35,664 nucleotides of DNA, taken from positions 1 through 35,664 of the forward strand of contig JBPCXC010000313.1 in NCBI GenBank assembly GCA_051008875.1, given 5' to 3'. Both the position numbers and the translations under genes were made by a program. This DNA is from a bacterium (lineage in GTDB: Bacteria > Pseudomonadota > Gammaproteobacteria > Arenicellales > Poriferihabitantaceae). The notes under the pieces were generated by a model. That model was not told the origin of the DNA and searched no databases. It worked only from the letters and a program-made list of their open reading frames with translations. How positions within the stretch are numbered: position 1 is the first letter of the stretch; each line of letters begins with the position of its first letter. Of this stretch, positions 10,583 through 19,549 are shown in pieces.

Positions 10583-10659
10583 TGGTGGGCCCGGAAGGAC
10601 TCGAACCTTCGACCAATGGATTATGAGTCCACTGCTCTAACCGACTGAGCTACGGGCCC
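10583..10659 (-). tRNA. ileX: tRNA with anticodon CAT; most likely tRNA-Ile2 (lysidine-modified, ileX type) rather than elongator tRNA-Met
   Basis: The minus strand reads GGGCCCGTAGCTCAGTCGGTTAGAGCAGTGGACTCATAATCCATTGGTCGAAGGTTCGAGTCCTTCCGGGCCCACCA and folds into a perfect cloverleaf with an encoded CCA. C4-G69, C5-G68 and a G27-U43 wobble match E. coli tRNA-Ile2. The position just downstream of rpoD also matches E. coli ileX. Confidence 0.9.
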
Positions 10660-10757
10660 GATTCGCTTGGCGCGGACGACGACTTAACGACAACGATTTC
10701 GCGACGACGGCGTAACGAAAAGCAACGCAACGACGAACAACGCCGTCGCCGACTCCC

Positions 10758-12632
10758 TTAAGTGTTGTCGAGAAAACTGCGCAGATGATCGGAGCGGCTC
10801 GGGTGGCGCAGTTTGCGCAGAGCCTTGGCTTCGATCTGGCGGATGCGCTCGCGGGTGACGTCGAACTGCTTGCCGACCTCCTCCAGCGTGTGGTCGGTGT
10901 TCATGCCGATGCCGAAGCGCATCTGCAGCACTTTCGCCTCGCGCTCGGTGAGCGAGTCGAGCACCTCCTTGGTGGCGTTCTTCAGCCCCGAGCCGACCGC
11001 GATGTCGATCGGCGCCTTGGTGTTCTTGTCCTCGATGAAGTCGCCCAGATGCGAGTCCTCGTCGTCGCCGATCGGCATCTCCATCGAGATCGGCTCCTTG
11101 GCGATCTTCAGCACCTTGCGCACCTTCTCCTCGGGCAACTCCATGCGCTCGGCCAACTCCTCCGGCCGCGCCTCGCGCCCCTTCTCCTGCAGAATCTGGC
11201 GCGACACGCGGTTGAGTTTGTTGATCGTCTCGATCATGTGCACCGGAATGCGGATGGTCTTCGCCTGGTCGGCGATCGAGCGCGTGATCGCCTGGCGGAT
11301 CCACCAAGTCGCGTAGGTCGAGAACTTGTAGCCGCGGCGATACTCGAACTTGTCCACCGCCTTCATCAGCCCGATGTTGCCCTCTTGAATCAGGTCGAGG
11401 AACTGCAGTCCGCGGTTGGTGTACTTCTTGGCGATGGAAATGACCAGGCGCAGGTTGGCTTCGACCATCTCCTTTTTCGCACGCCGCGCCTTGGCTTCGC
11501 CGATGGAGAGTTGGCGGCTCAGCGCCTTCAGTTCGGCGATGGCGAGGCCGGTGGTTTGCTCGCACGCCATCAACTCCTTGAAGTGGCCGCGCACCGCCGG
11601 GCGCATCAACTTCAGTTTCGCCGCCTGGTCGGGGCTGGCGCGCAGCAGTTTGTCGAACCAGCGGGGATTGCGCTCGTATTCGTTGAAGCACTCGGCGAAG
11701 CGCGCGCGCGGCACACGGCATTTGGTCACGCAGCACTTGACGATCTCGCGCTCGTGCCGGCGCACCTCGTCCATGCTGTCGCGCAGCGCGGCCGAGAAGA
11801 TCTCGACCTTGACCGGGGTGAACTTCATCTGCAGGAACTCGTCGCCGAGTTTGCGCCGGTTCTTGTGCGCCAACTTGCTGTCCACGCCGTGCTTGGCGTA
11901 GGCGTTCTCGAGCGCGCGCCAAGTGCGGCGCATGCGGCGGAATCTGGCGATGGCGTCGTCGCGGTCGGGGCCGGTCGGGCCCTCCTCCTTCTTCGCCGCG
12001 TTCTGCCCGGGCGCGCCGGGGGTGGCGACGGTCTCGTCGTCGAGCGCGTCGATCGCCATGAACGCGACCACCAACTCGGTCAGTTTCATCTCGCTCGCCT
12101 CGATCAACTTGGCGAACAGCAGCAGCCGCGCGATCGCGCGCGGCGCCAGCGCGACCGCCTGCGCGCTCTGGCGATTGCCGGCCTCGATGCGCTTGGCCAG
12201 CGCGATCTCGTCCTCGCGCGTCAGCAACTTCACCGTGCCCATCTCGCGCATGTACATCCGCACCGGATCGGTGGTGCGGCCGAACTCGCTCTCGACCGCG
12301 GTCTTGAGCGCCGCGCCGACCTCCTCGGCGACCTCCTCGTCCTCCGGGTTGTCGCGCTTGAGCGTCATGCTGTCGCTGTCGGGCGCCTTGTCCACCACCT
12401 CGATGCCCATGTCGTTGATCATGTTGACCACCACTTCGATCTGGTCGGTGTCGTGCATGTTCTCCGGCAGATGGTCGTTGATCTCGGCGTAGGTCAAGAA
12501 CCCCTGCGCCTTGCCCTTGAGCACCAGATTCTTCAGGTCGGACTGCGGCTGCGCGGCGTGCTCGCCGTCGGCGGCGTCGGCCGTTTCGTCGGCCTTGTCG
12601 TGTCGAGTGTCGGTCATGGCGGAGTCGGTCAT
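10758..12632 (-). CDS. rpoD: RNA polymerase sigma-70 factor RpoD
   Basis: 624 aa with region 2 [17 protein letters not shown] and region 4.2 [30 protein letters not shown]. An alternative ATG lies at 12617. Confidence 0.97.
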   Translation of the reverse strand: MTDSAMTDTRHDKADETADAADGEHAAQPQSDLKNLVLKGKAQGFLTYAEINDHLPENMHDTDQIEVVVNMINDMGIEVVDKAPDSDSMTLKRDNPEDEEVAEEVGAALKTAVESEFGRTTDPVRMYMREMGTVKLLTREDEIALAKRIEAGNRQSAQAVALAPRAIARLLLFAKLIEASEMKLTELVVAFMAIDALDDETVATPGAPGQNAAKKEEGPTGPDRDDAIARFRRMRRTWRALENAYAKHGVDSKLAHKNRRKLGDEFLQMKFTPVKVEIFSAALRDSMDEVRRHEREIVKCCVTKCRVPRARFAECFNEYERNPRWFDKLLRASPDQAAKLKLMRPAVRGHFKELMACEQTTGLAIAELKALSRQLSIGEAKARRAKKEMVEANLRLVISIAKKYTNRGLQFLDLIQEGNIGLMKAVDKFEYRRGYKFSTYATWWIRQAITRSIADQAKTIRIPVHMIETINKLNRVSRQILQEKGREARPEELAERMELPEEKVRKVLKIAKEPISMEMPIGDDEDSHLGDFIEDKNTKAPIDIAVGSGLKNATKEVLDSLTEREAKVLQMRFGIGMNTDHTLEEVGKQFDVTRERIRQIEAKALRKLRHPSRSDHLRSFLDNT

Positions 12633-12722
12633 AGCGGGAAGTCGGTGGATTGCCGCGCGCGGCGGTCAATTGCGGCGGCCAAGCGCAAAATATGCCGCCG
12701 CCCGCCGCGAATTCAACCGCGA

Positions 12723-12731
12723 AGCATAGCA
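12723..12731 (-). promoter_or_regulatory. Putative extended -10 box TGCTATGCT for rpoD
   Basis: The plus strand reads agcatagca, about 90 nt upstream of the rpoD ATG. It belongs to the same TGCTAnnnT class seen upstream of other genes in the window. Confidence 0.3.
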
Positions 12732-12754
12732 CACCGCGCCGACGCAAACCGCCC

Positions 12755-13006
12755 ATGCGGCTTGCGGAAACCGCGGTTTTGTGGGATGAATTCGGGGATA
12801 AAGCGAAATTAGCCGATTATTTGCTGGATGTTTCGAAACTCGTCTTCGCGGGCGTCGTGCTGGTCGCAATCCTGCGCATCGACGGCATTCCGAAATTGAC
12901 GGTGCTGATCGTCGGCGTCGTCGCAACCCGGTTCTTAGCCGCGATCGGCTTCAGATTGATCAAGCAGATAGAAGCCGAAAACATTAAGGCGACCGTGGAG
13001 GAATAG
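12755..13006 (+). CDS. Small two-TM membrane protein (83 aa), function unknown, in a low-GC islet
   Basis: The ATG is at 12755. It has two hydrophobic spans (LVFAGVVLVAILRI and LTVLIVGVVATRFLAAIGF). Local GC is about 42% against the high-GC flanks. Confidence 0.5.
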   Translation: MRLAETAVLWDEFGDKAKLADYLLDVSKLVFAGVVLVAILRIDGIPKLTVLIVGVVATRFLAAIGFRLIKQIEAENIKATVEE

Positions 13007-13078
13007 ATGGAAGCACTTGTTTTATTCTCGTTCTTGGCTGTGGTTGGCTTTTTTGGCTTGATGTATGTGTTGGCTTGA
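13007..13078 (+). CDS. 23-aa hydrophobic peptide MEALVLFSFLAVVGFFGLMYVLA (below the track cutoff)
   Basis: Its ATG immediately follows the TAG of the preceding ORF (tagATG). Its N-terminus resembles that of the next ORF (ME.L.LF.FLAV). Confidence 0.35.
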   Translation: MEALVLFSFLAVVGFFGLMYVLA

Positions 13079-13134
13079 GCACAAGCAAAAGCGCAAGCAC
13101 AACAAGTCCGGTTAGGTTAGCCGCAGGGTGACGG

Positions 13135-13299
13135 ATGGAGTTGCTGATTCTATTCGTGTTCTTGGCGGTGGCTAGTGGGTCGGGCGTGGCGGTTTTGCTA
13201 TGGCATCAGCGTCGCCAAACGCGACTTCGCGCGCAGCAAGCGCGGATGCGAAAGCGCGAGGAACACGATCGGTTCGAGCGGCTCGGGCGACCGGTCTGA
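13135..13299 (+). CDS. 54-aa single-TM protein with a basic tail (MELLILFVFLAVASGSGVAVLLWHQRRQTRLRAQQARMRKREEHDRFERLGRPV)
   Basis: I translated this ORF by hand; it falls below the track cutoff. A GGGTGA lies 4 nt upstream of the ATG. It ends 15 nt from the convergent dnaG stop. Confidence 0.4.
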   Translation: MELLILFVFLAVASGSGVAVLLWHQRRQTRLRAQQARMRKREEHDRFERLGRPV

Positions 13300-13314
13300 G
13301 CGAACTTCGCGTCG

Positions 13315-15135
13315 CTACTTCGCCTCGGCGCGCGCTTGCAAACTTTGGTGGCGGGCGTCGAGCAACGCCTTCATCTCCTGCTTCAGCCGCCGCTCCTCGT
13401 CGGCGGATAGTTCCTTGCGAAGTTGCGCGATCAGCGCCAGGCGGTGCTGGTCGGTTTGCTGCTCGAGCAGACGCTCAAGCGTGTCGTTGAACTGCGCGGT
13501 CAGCGCGTCGTCGTCGATGTGATTGTCGCGCGCCGCCAGCCGCTGCAGATAGGCGTGCGTCTTGTCGTCGTCGCGGAAGGATTCGATCAGCCGCGCGGTG
13601 GTGATGTCGCCGTCGCGCGCGATCGCGGCGATAATCTCGCGCAGCACCTCGGCGCCGCGCAGATCGAGTTGCGCCAACGACGACGGCGCAGGCGTCGAAG
13701 CCGCCAGATGCGGATGCTGCAGCAATAGGCTGACCGCCAGCGCGAGCGGCGAGAGTTGCCCTTGCGGTGCATCGGCGCGCGCGCCGCGCATCGCACCGCG
13801 CGCGCGCGTCGTCGTCGCGCTCTCGCCGATTTGATGCGCCGACAATCCGGTCTCGGTGGTCAGCCGCTGCGACAGCATCTCGCGCAGCGCGCCGCGCGGC
13901 AACTGCGCCAGCAGCGGCTGCGCCAGCGCGACCAGCCGCGCCTTGCCGTCGCGCGTCGCCGAGTTCACTTGTTCGCCGAGATGCGCGAACAAGAAATCCT
14001 CGAGCGATGATTTGCCATCGACCCGTTGCTCGAAGCCGTCGCGTCCTTCGGCGCGCACGATGCTGTCCGGGTCTTCGCCTTCGGGCAGGAACAGGAAGCC
14101 GACTTGGCGTTCGTCGCGCATTTCGCTAAGCGCGGTCTGCAACGCCTTCCACGCCGCGGCGCGTCCGGCGCGGTCGCCGTCGAAGCAGAACACGATCTCC
14201 GGCGCGAGGCGGAACAGTCGCTGCAGATGCGTGCGCGTGGTCGCGGTGCCGAGCGTGGCGACCGCGTTGACGACGCCGAACTGCGCCAAGCCGACCACGT
14301 CCATATAGCCCTCGACCACCAGCGCGCGTCGGCTAAGTCCGATCTCGCGGCGCGCGCGGTCGAGCGCGTAGAGTTCGGCGCCTTTGTGGAACAGCGGCGT
14401 CTCCGGCGAGTTCAAGTATTTCGGTTCGCCGTCGCCAAGGATGCGTCCGCCGAACGCGACCACGCGGCCGCGATGATCCTCGATCGGGAAAATTACGCGG
14501 TCGCGGAAGCGGTCGTACACGCGCCCGCTTTTTTCGTCGCGCCCGACCAGCCCGGCTTTGTGCAAGTGCCGCCGGCGGTCTTCGTCGCCGCCGAGCGCGC
14601 GCGCCAGTTGATCGCCACCGTAATCACCGCCGGGCGCAAAGCCGATGCCGAACGCTGCGGCGACGCGTCCGTCCAGCCCGCGCGACTTCAGATACGCGAT
14701 CGCGCGCTTGGCGTCGGCGTGCTCGCGCAACTGCTGCTGAAACCAGCGATTCGCCTCGCCGATGATCTTCGCCAACGGCCCGGTCGAATCGCCCGCCGCC
14801 GATGCCGATGTCGCCGACGCGCGTCCGCGCCCGTCCTCGCGCACCACCTCGACGCCGACGCTCTCCGCCAACTCCTCGATCGCCTCGACGAAACCGAGAT
14901 TGCCATAGTCCATCAAAAACCCGATCGCCGTCCCATTCGCGCCGCAACCGAAGCAATGAAAAAACTGCTTGCCCGGGCTGACCGTGAACGACGGCGTCTT
15001 CTCCTCATGAAATGGACAACACGCCAAATACTCCCGCCCCCCGCGCTTGAGCGGCACCCGCCGATCAATCACCTCGACGATGTCAATGCGAGCGAGGAGT
15101 TGATCGATGAATGACTTGGAAATCTTGCCGGGCAT
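13315..15135 (-). CDS. dnaG: DNA primase
   Basis: The start MPGKISKSFIDQLLARIDIVEVID matches the E. coli DnaG N-terminus as I recall it. It has the zinc finger CCPFHEEKTPSF...CFGCG and a TOPRIM EGYMDV. The track ORF extension to 15447 runs through repeat modules. Confidence 0.95.
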   Translation of the reverse strand: MPGKISKSFIDQLLARIDIVEVIDRRVPLKRGGREYLACCPFHEEKTPSFTVSPGKQFFHCFGCGANGTAIGFLMDYGNLGFVEAIEELAESVGVEVVREDGRGRASATSASAAGDSTGPLAKIIGEANRWFQQQLREHADAKRAIAYLKSRGLDGRVAAAFGIGFAPGGDYGGDQLARALGGDEDRRRHLHKAGLVGRDEKSGRVYDRFRDRVIFPIEDHRGRVVAFGGRILGDGEPKYLNSPETPLFHKGAELYALDRARREIGLSRRALVVEGYMDVVGLAQFGVVNAVATLGTATTRTHLQRLFRLAPEIVFCFDGDRAGRAAAWKALQTALSEMRDERQVGFLFLPEGEDPDSIVRAEGRDGFEQRVDGKSSLEDFLFAHLGEQVNSATRDGKARLVALAQPLLAQLPRGALREMLSQRLTTETGLSAHQIGESATTTRARGAMRGARADAPQGQLSPLALAVSLLLQHPHLAASTPAPSSLAQLDLRGAEVLREIIAAIARDGDITTARLIESFRDDDKTHAYLQRLAARDNHIDDDALTAQFNDTLERLLEQQTDQHRLALIAQLRKELSADEERRLKQEMKALLDARHQSLQARAEAK

Positions 15136-15141
15136 AGAGGG

Positions 15142-15147
15142 ATTGTA
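15142..15147 (-). promoter_or_regulatory. -10-like TACAAT positioned 6 nt upstream of the dnaG ATG (possible leaderless transcript)
   Basis: The minus strand reads GCGCTACAATCCCTCTATG. There is no Shine-Dalgarno sequence between the box and the ATG, and no convincing -35. Confidence 0.3.
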
Positions 15148-15183
15148 GCGCAGTCTCCGCGTCCGCCGCCGTCTTAACACCGA

Positions 15184-15470
15184 CGTCATTCCCGCAGTCT
15201 GTAAGCGGGAATCCACGCTCGCGGTAAGCGAGTGAGGCAGGCCGAAGGGCTGCTTGCTTTTGATGTGGGCGGGAGTCGCGGGGTTTGTTCGCGCGACCAC
15301 GCCAGTTTGAAGATCGCCATCCATGGACGACTGGATTGCGCGTATCATCCTGATACTCGCCCTTCGGGCTCGCTTACGCTCGCGAAAAAACGCTCCGGGC
15401 GTTTTTTCGCGCGGTCTTTTAGCGGGAATCCATTCTTTACAACCCATCCAAATTTGCAGCCCACCGCCGA
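15184..15470. repeat. Intergenic mosaic repeat element, locus B (H hairpin + S module + W module + T module)
   Basis: CGTCATTCCCGCAGTCTGTAAGCGGGAATCC starts at 15184, followed by CACGCTCGCGGTAAGCGAGTG and GCAGGCCGAAGGGCTGCTTGCTTTT. The T module spans 15339-15432. The modules match loci A, C and D. Confidence 0.85.
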
Positions 15471-15591
15471 TACCTTCGCCAGCAAACTCCCCGGCAGCGA
15501 ATCATCCAGCAGCGTGTTCTCCAACGAGCGGGTGATTCAACCGCCGGGCATTGCCTTGCCGCGTGCGTTGAAGCTCAATCGGCGGCTCAAG

Positions 15592-16206
15592 ATGGACGGG
15601 TTGAAGTTGTTGGCGAAAATTCCTCAAGCGGCGATTCCGGTTGCGTTTTTTGATCCGCAATATCGCGGGGTGTTGGACAAGATGCAATACGGAAACGAAG
15701 GCAAGAGTCGCAGTCAGCGGCGATGCGCGTTGGAGCAGATGAGTGAACAAACCATCGCCGAGTTTGTCGCGGCGATTGATCGGGTGTTGATTCCGAGCGG
15801 GCATTTGTTTTTGTGGGTGGACAAATATCATTTGTGCGACGGCTTTCGCGATTGGCTGGACGGGACCGGCTTGGACGTTGTTGATCTAGTTAATTGGGAC
15901 AAGGAGCGGATCGGGATGGGTTATCGCAGCCGGCGCAGGACGGAATATTGCGTGGTGTTGCAGAAGCAGCCGCGCAAGGCGAAGGGGGTTTGGAAAATCC
16001 ATACCATTCCCGATACTTGGCGCGAGAAATCGGAGACGCGCGATGGTCATCCGCACAAAAAACCGATTGCGTTGCAAGGCGAGTTGATCGCCGCGGTGAG
16101 CAACGCGGGCGATCTGGTCGTTGACCCTGCGGCGGGCGGCTTCAGCGTGTTGGAGGCGGCGACATCGCGTGGTCGAAACTTTCTTGGCTGCGATTTGAAC
16201 GGATAG
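15592..16206 (+). CDS. Orphan beta-class DNA methyltransferase (N6_N4_Mtase family; motif IV before motif I), probably N6-adenine
   Basis: It has FFDPQY (a DPPY variant) near the N-terminus, and HPHKKP followed by [12 protein letters not shown] (the AdoMet motif) near the C-terminus. The start is uncertain: in-frame TTG 15568 and GTG 15532 are alternatives. GC is about 48% in a sampled 60 nt. Confidence 0.8.
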   Translation: MDGLKLLAKIPQAAIPVAFFDPQYRGVLDKMQYGNEGKSRSQRRCALEQMSEQTIAEFVAAIDRVLIPSGHLFLWVDKYHLCDGFRDWLDGTGLDVVDLVNWDKERIGMGYRSRRRTEYCVVLQKQPRKAKGVWKIHTIPDTWREKSETRDGHPHKKPIALQGELIAAVSNAGDLVVDPAAGGFSVLEAATSRGRNFLGCDLNG

Positions 16207-16378
16207 ATCGAAATTCATCGCGCAACTTCATCGCATTAATCCCGCGCCGAAGTTTTGGCAAGATAAATTGCCGACGAAGATTCGATCTCGCTCGCCCCGC
16301 ATCCGCATCGAATCGGGTACAATGTGCGCCGCATTCAAACCCCGCATTCGCGACTCCCAGTCCGCATTCGACGACTCC

Positions 16379-19012
16379 GTGACTCAACCCTACAACCCCG
16401 CCGAAATCGAGGCCAGCGCGCAGCGGCACTGGGAGTCCAATCAGTCGTTCGCGGTCGGCGAGGATGATTCGCGCGAGAAGTTTTACTGCTTGTCGATGCT
16501 GCCCTATCCGTCGGGGCAGTTGCACATGGGGCATGTGCGCAACTACACCATCGGCGATGTCATCAGCCGCTATCAGCGCATGCGCGGCAAGAATGTGCTG
16601 CAGCCGATGGGCTGGGACGCGTTCGGGCTGCCGGCGGAGAACGCGGCGATCGAGCGGCGCATGCCGCCGGCGCAATGGACGTACGCCAACATCGAGTACA
16701 TGAAGGCGCAGTTGAAGCGCCTCGGCTTCGCTTATGACTGGAGCCGCGAACTGGCGACTTGCGCGCCGCAGTATTATCGCTGGGAGCAATGGTTCTTCAA
16801 CCGCTTGCTGGAGAAGGACTTGGCGTATAAGAAGATGGCGGTGGTCAACTGGGATCCGGTCGAGCAGACCGTGCTCGCCAACGAGCAAGTCGAGAACGGA
16901 CGCGGCTGGCGCTCCGGCGCGGCGGTCGAGCGGCGCGAGATTTCGCAGTGGTTCATCCGCATCACCGCCTACGCCGACGAGTTGCTGCGCGACATCGACA
17001 AGTTGGACGGCTGGCCGGAGTCGGTCAAGGCGATGCAGCGCAACTGGATCGGCCGCTCGGAAGGAGTCGAGTTCAGTTTCGCGGTGGACGGCGAGACCGA
17101 GCGGCTCGGCGTCTATACCACCCGCCCCGACACCATCATGGGCATCACCGCGGTGTTCGTCGCCGCCGAGCATCCGCTGGCGCGCAAGGTCGCGCGGGAT
17201 AACGCGCAAGTCGCCGCGTTCGTCGAGCAATGCCGCGCCGCCGCCACCGCCGAAGCCGAACTCGAGACCATGGAGAAGAAGGGCGTGCCGCTCGGGGTGA
17301 GCGCCGAGCATCCGATCAGCGGCGAGCGCATCGACATCTGGGCGGCGAACTTCGTGCTGATGGGCTACGGCACCGGCGCGGTGATGGCGGTGCCGGCGCA
17401 CGACCAGCGCGACTTCGAGTTCGCGCGCAAGCATGGCATCGAAGTTCGGCCGGTTATTGACAGGACGTCATGTAGTTCGCCGGCGCACGGAAGCGAAGAG
17501 GCGAACCGCCGGAAGCCATCGAGTTCGTCAACACAACAACGCGAAGAGGCGAACCGCAAGAAGTCATCCGGTTCGTCAGCGCAACGACGCGATGCGGCGA
17601 ACCCCCAAACGAACAACGCGCCGCACGACTTCAGCCAATCCGCGCTGACCACCAAGGACGGCGTGCTGATCAACTCCGGCGCGTTCGACGGGCTCGACTT
17701 CGCGCAGTCGTTCGACGCCATCGCCGATCATCTCGAGCGCGCCGGCGTCGGTCGCCGCGCGGTCAACTACCGCCTGCGCGACTGGGGCGTGTCGCGCCAA
17801 CGCTACTGGGGCTGCCCGATTCCGGTGGTGTATGACGCCGCCGGCGATGCCGTCGCGGTGCCCGACGACGACTTGCCGGTGGTGCTGCCCGAGGAGGTCG
17901 CGTTCTCCGGCGTGCAGTCGCCGCTGACCGACCACGCCGAGTTCCAACTCGCGACCTTGCCCGACGGCCGGCCGGCCGCGTCGCGCGAGACCGACACCTT
18001 CGACACCTTCGTCGAGTCGTCGTGGTATTTCCATCGCTACTGCTGCCCGAACTTGGACGACGCCATGCTCGACCGGCGCGCCGACTACTGGCTGCCGGTG
18101 GATCAATACATCGGCGGCATCGAGCACGCCGTGCTGCACTTGCTGTATGCGAGATTCTTCCACAAACTGCTGCGCGACCTCGGCTTGATCAACAGCGACG
18201 AACCGTTCACCAACTTGCTGACGCAAGGGATGGTGTTGAAGGACGGCGTGAAGATGTCGAAGTCGAAGGGCAACACGGTCGACCCGCAGGTGATGATCGA
18301 TCGCTACGGCGCCGACACCGTGCGCCTGTTCATGATGTTCGCCGCGCCGCCGGAGCAGACGCTGGAATGGAGCGACGCCGCCATCGCCGGCGCGCATCGC
18401 TTCCTGCGGCGCTGGTGGTGGCTGGCGCAGCGCACGCGCGACGCGGCGCAGGCCGGCCGCGTGTTGCTGGCGCAAGACGACTGGGCGGCGACGGTCGAGG
18501 ACAAGGTCGCGCTTGCGTTGCGCGCGCGGGTGCACGCGATGCTGCGCCGCGCCGAGCGCGACTATCGCAGGTTCCAATACAACACGGTCATCGCCGCGTG
18601 CATGGAGTTGCTGAACGCGATGGACAAGTTCGACTGCGACGACGGCGACCAACAACCCGCGCCGCCGCGCGCCGCCGCATTGCGCGAAGGCTTGCTCGCG
18701 ATGACCAAGGTGATGGCGCCGATCACGCCGCACATCGCCCACCGACTGTGGCGCGATCTGGGCGAGGACGGCGATGTCATCGACGCCGCATGGCCGCGCG
18801 CCGACGACCGCGCGCTGGTCGGCGACACCATCACGCTGGCGGTGCAAGTCAACGGCAAGTTGCGCGCGCAAATCGAACTCCCCGCCGACAGCGACCACGC
18901 CGCGATCGAACGCGCCGCGCAAAACGACGCGCGCGTGCGCAAGCACACCGACGGCAAAACCATCCGCAAAATCATCGTCGTGCCGGGACGGCTGGTGAAC
19001 ATCGTGGTGTGA
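16379..19012 (+). CDS. leuS: Leucyl-tRNA synthetase
   Basis: It has HMGHVRNY (HIGH) and VKMSKSKGN (KMSKS). The GTG at 16379 gives [18 protein letters not shown], matching the E. coli N-terminus as I recall it. An in-frame ATG at 16322 is an alternative start. Confidence 0.95.
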   Translation: MTQPYNPAEIEASAQRHWESNQSFAVGEDDSREKFYCLSMLPYPSGQLHMGHVRNYTIGDVISRYQRMRGKNVLQPMGWDAFGLPAENAAIERRMPPAQWTYANIEYMKAQLKRLGFAYDWSRELATCAPQYYRWEQWFFNRLLEKDLAYKKMAVVNWDPVEQTVLANEQVENGRGWRSGAAVERREISQWFIRITAYADELLRDIDKLDGWPESVKAMQRNWIGRSEGVEFSFAVDGETERLGVYTTRPDTIMGITAVFVAAEHPLARKVARDNAQVAAFVEQCRAAATAEAELETMEKKGVPLGVSAEHPISGERIDIWAANFVLMGYGTGAVMAVPAHDQRDFEFARKHGIEVRPVIDRTSCSSPAHGSEEANRRKPSSSSTQQREEANRKKSSGSSAQRRDAANPQTNNAPHDFSQSALTTKDGVLINSGAFDGLDFAQSFDAIADHLERAGVGRRAVNYRLRDWGVSRQRYWGCPIPVVYDAAGDAVAVPDDDLPVVLPEEVAFSGVQSPLTDHAEFQLATLPDGRPAASRETDTFDTFVESSWYFHRYCCPNLDDAMLDRRADYWLPVDQYIGGIEHAVLHLLYARFFHKLLRDLGLINSDEPFTNLLTQGMVLKDGVKMSKSKGNTVDPQVMIDRYGADTVRLFMMFAAPPEQTLEWSDAAIAGAHRFLRRWWWLAQRTRDAAQAGRVLLAQDDWAATVEDKVALALRARVHAMLRRAERDYRRFQYNTVIAACMELLNAMDKFDCDDGDQQPAPPRAAALREGLLAMTKVMAPITPHIAHRLWRDLGEDGDVIDAAWPRADDRALVGDTITLAVQVNGKLRAQIELPADSDHAAIERAAQNDARVRKHTDGKTIRKIIVVPGRLVNIVV
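17495..17606 (+). repeat. 48-bp in-frame tandem repeat (2.3 copies) inside leuS
   Basis: Units span 17495-17542 and 17543-17590 and are about 80% identical, with a partial third unit. They encode [16 protein letters not shown] / [16 protein letters not shown] / DAANP. Confidence 0.9.
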
Positions 19013-19536
19013 TGCGGATGACGGCGCAAATGACGACGCGAATCACAACGCGAACAACACCCCGCCCGCCGCGCCGCTTGGCGTTGCTGCTAATCAGCGC
19101 AACACTGCTGACCGGCTGCGGCTTCCACCTGCGCGGCGAAGTCGAACTCCCGCCCGATCTCGCTCGCGTCCACATCGTCGGCGCCGACCGCGACTTGGTC
19201 CAGCGCTTGTCCGCCGCGCTGAAGCAACGCGGCGCGGCCGTGGTGCGCGCCGGGCAAGGCGCCACCATCTCGCTCGCCAGCGAGTTCGCGCAGACCACCT
19301 TGACCACCGACCCGCAAGGCGCCGCCAGCGCCTACGCCGTGCGCTACCAAGTCGCATTCCGCATCGCCGCCGAAGACGGCCAACCGTTGCAAGCCGAACG
19401 AATATTTTGGTTGCATCGCGCGTTCAACTACGACTCATCCAAACACCTGCAAGCCGAAGCGCAAGAAGCATTCTTGCAAGACGAACTGCGCGACGAAGCG
19501 GTGGTGCGAATCATGCGCCAACTGCCGCGCTTGTGA
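19012..19536 (+). CDS. lptE: LPS-assembly lipoprotein LptE (RlpB)
   Basis: Its ATG overlaps the leuS TGA (gtgATGcgg). It has the lipobox and signature LLTGCGFHLRG, and sits in the conserved leuS-lptE-holA order. Confidence 0.85.
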   Translation: MRMTAQMTTRITTRTTPRPPRRLALLLISATLLTGCGFHLRGEVELPPDLARVHIVGADRDLVQRLSAALKQRGAAVVRAGQGATISLASEFAQTTLTTDPQGAASAYAVRYQVAFRIAAEDGQPLQAERIFWLHRAFNYDSSKHLQAEAQEAFLQDELRDEAVVRIMRQLPRL

Positions 19537-19549
19537 TTTAACGCACGCT

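Noticed and set aside
10684-12812. Very long ORFs overlapping rpoD: 10684..12756 on the same strand in another frame, and 10785..12812 on the opposite strand. There are similar shadow ORFs elsewhere: 532..1227 -, 2147..3709 +, 5776..7590 +, 8167..9129 -, 8349..9341 +, 14026..15114 +, 16142..17434 -, 17576..18946 -, 18022..19011 +, 24430..25350 +, 26637-frame upstream part 27702..28478 -, 30295..31674 +, 32203..33228 -.
   Set aside because: They overlap genes with unambiguous conserved motifs, and their translations are Arg/Ala/Pro/Gly-rich with no motifs. This is the usual stop-codon-poor shadow-frame artefact of high-GC DNA.
13007-13299. Identification of the small hydrophobic peptides as CcoS, CcmD, KdpF/CydX-type accessory subunits, or as a type I toxin.
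   Set aside because: The diagnostic motifs are absent (for example the GQ[FY]DDL of CcoS), and no cognate operon (cco, ccm, kdp, cyd) is nearby. The toxin idea stays as a hypothesis only, in the finding.
15136-15447. N-terminal extensions of track ORFs: dnaG to 15447, cysC to 10616, DUF1244 to 31777, methyltransferase frame from 15232, cytochrome c4 from 23262, folD to 25263, hemE to 31275.
   Set aside because: The extensions run through repeat modules, a tRNA gene or divergent promoter regions. Alignment to the canonical N-termini as I recall them supports the internal starts.
16295-16323. A leuS promoter at GGGTACAAT (16315-16323), and a plus-strand TACAAT at 8040-8045 pointing toward moeB.
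   Set aside because: Both have a -10-like hexamer but lack the TGn extension and any -35. The leuS box also overlaps an alternative in-frame ATG. The evidence is too weak to list them as features.
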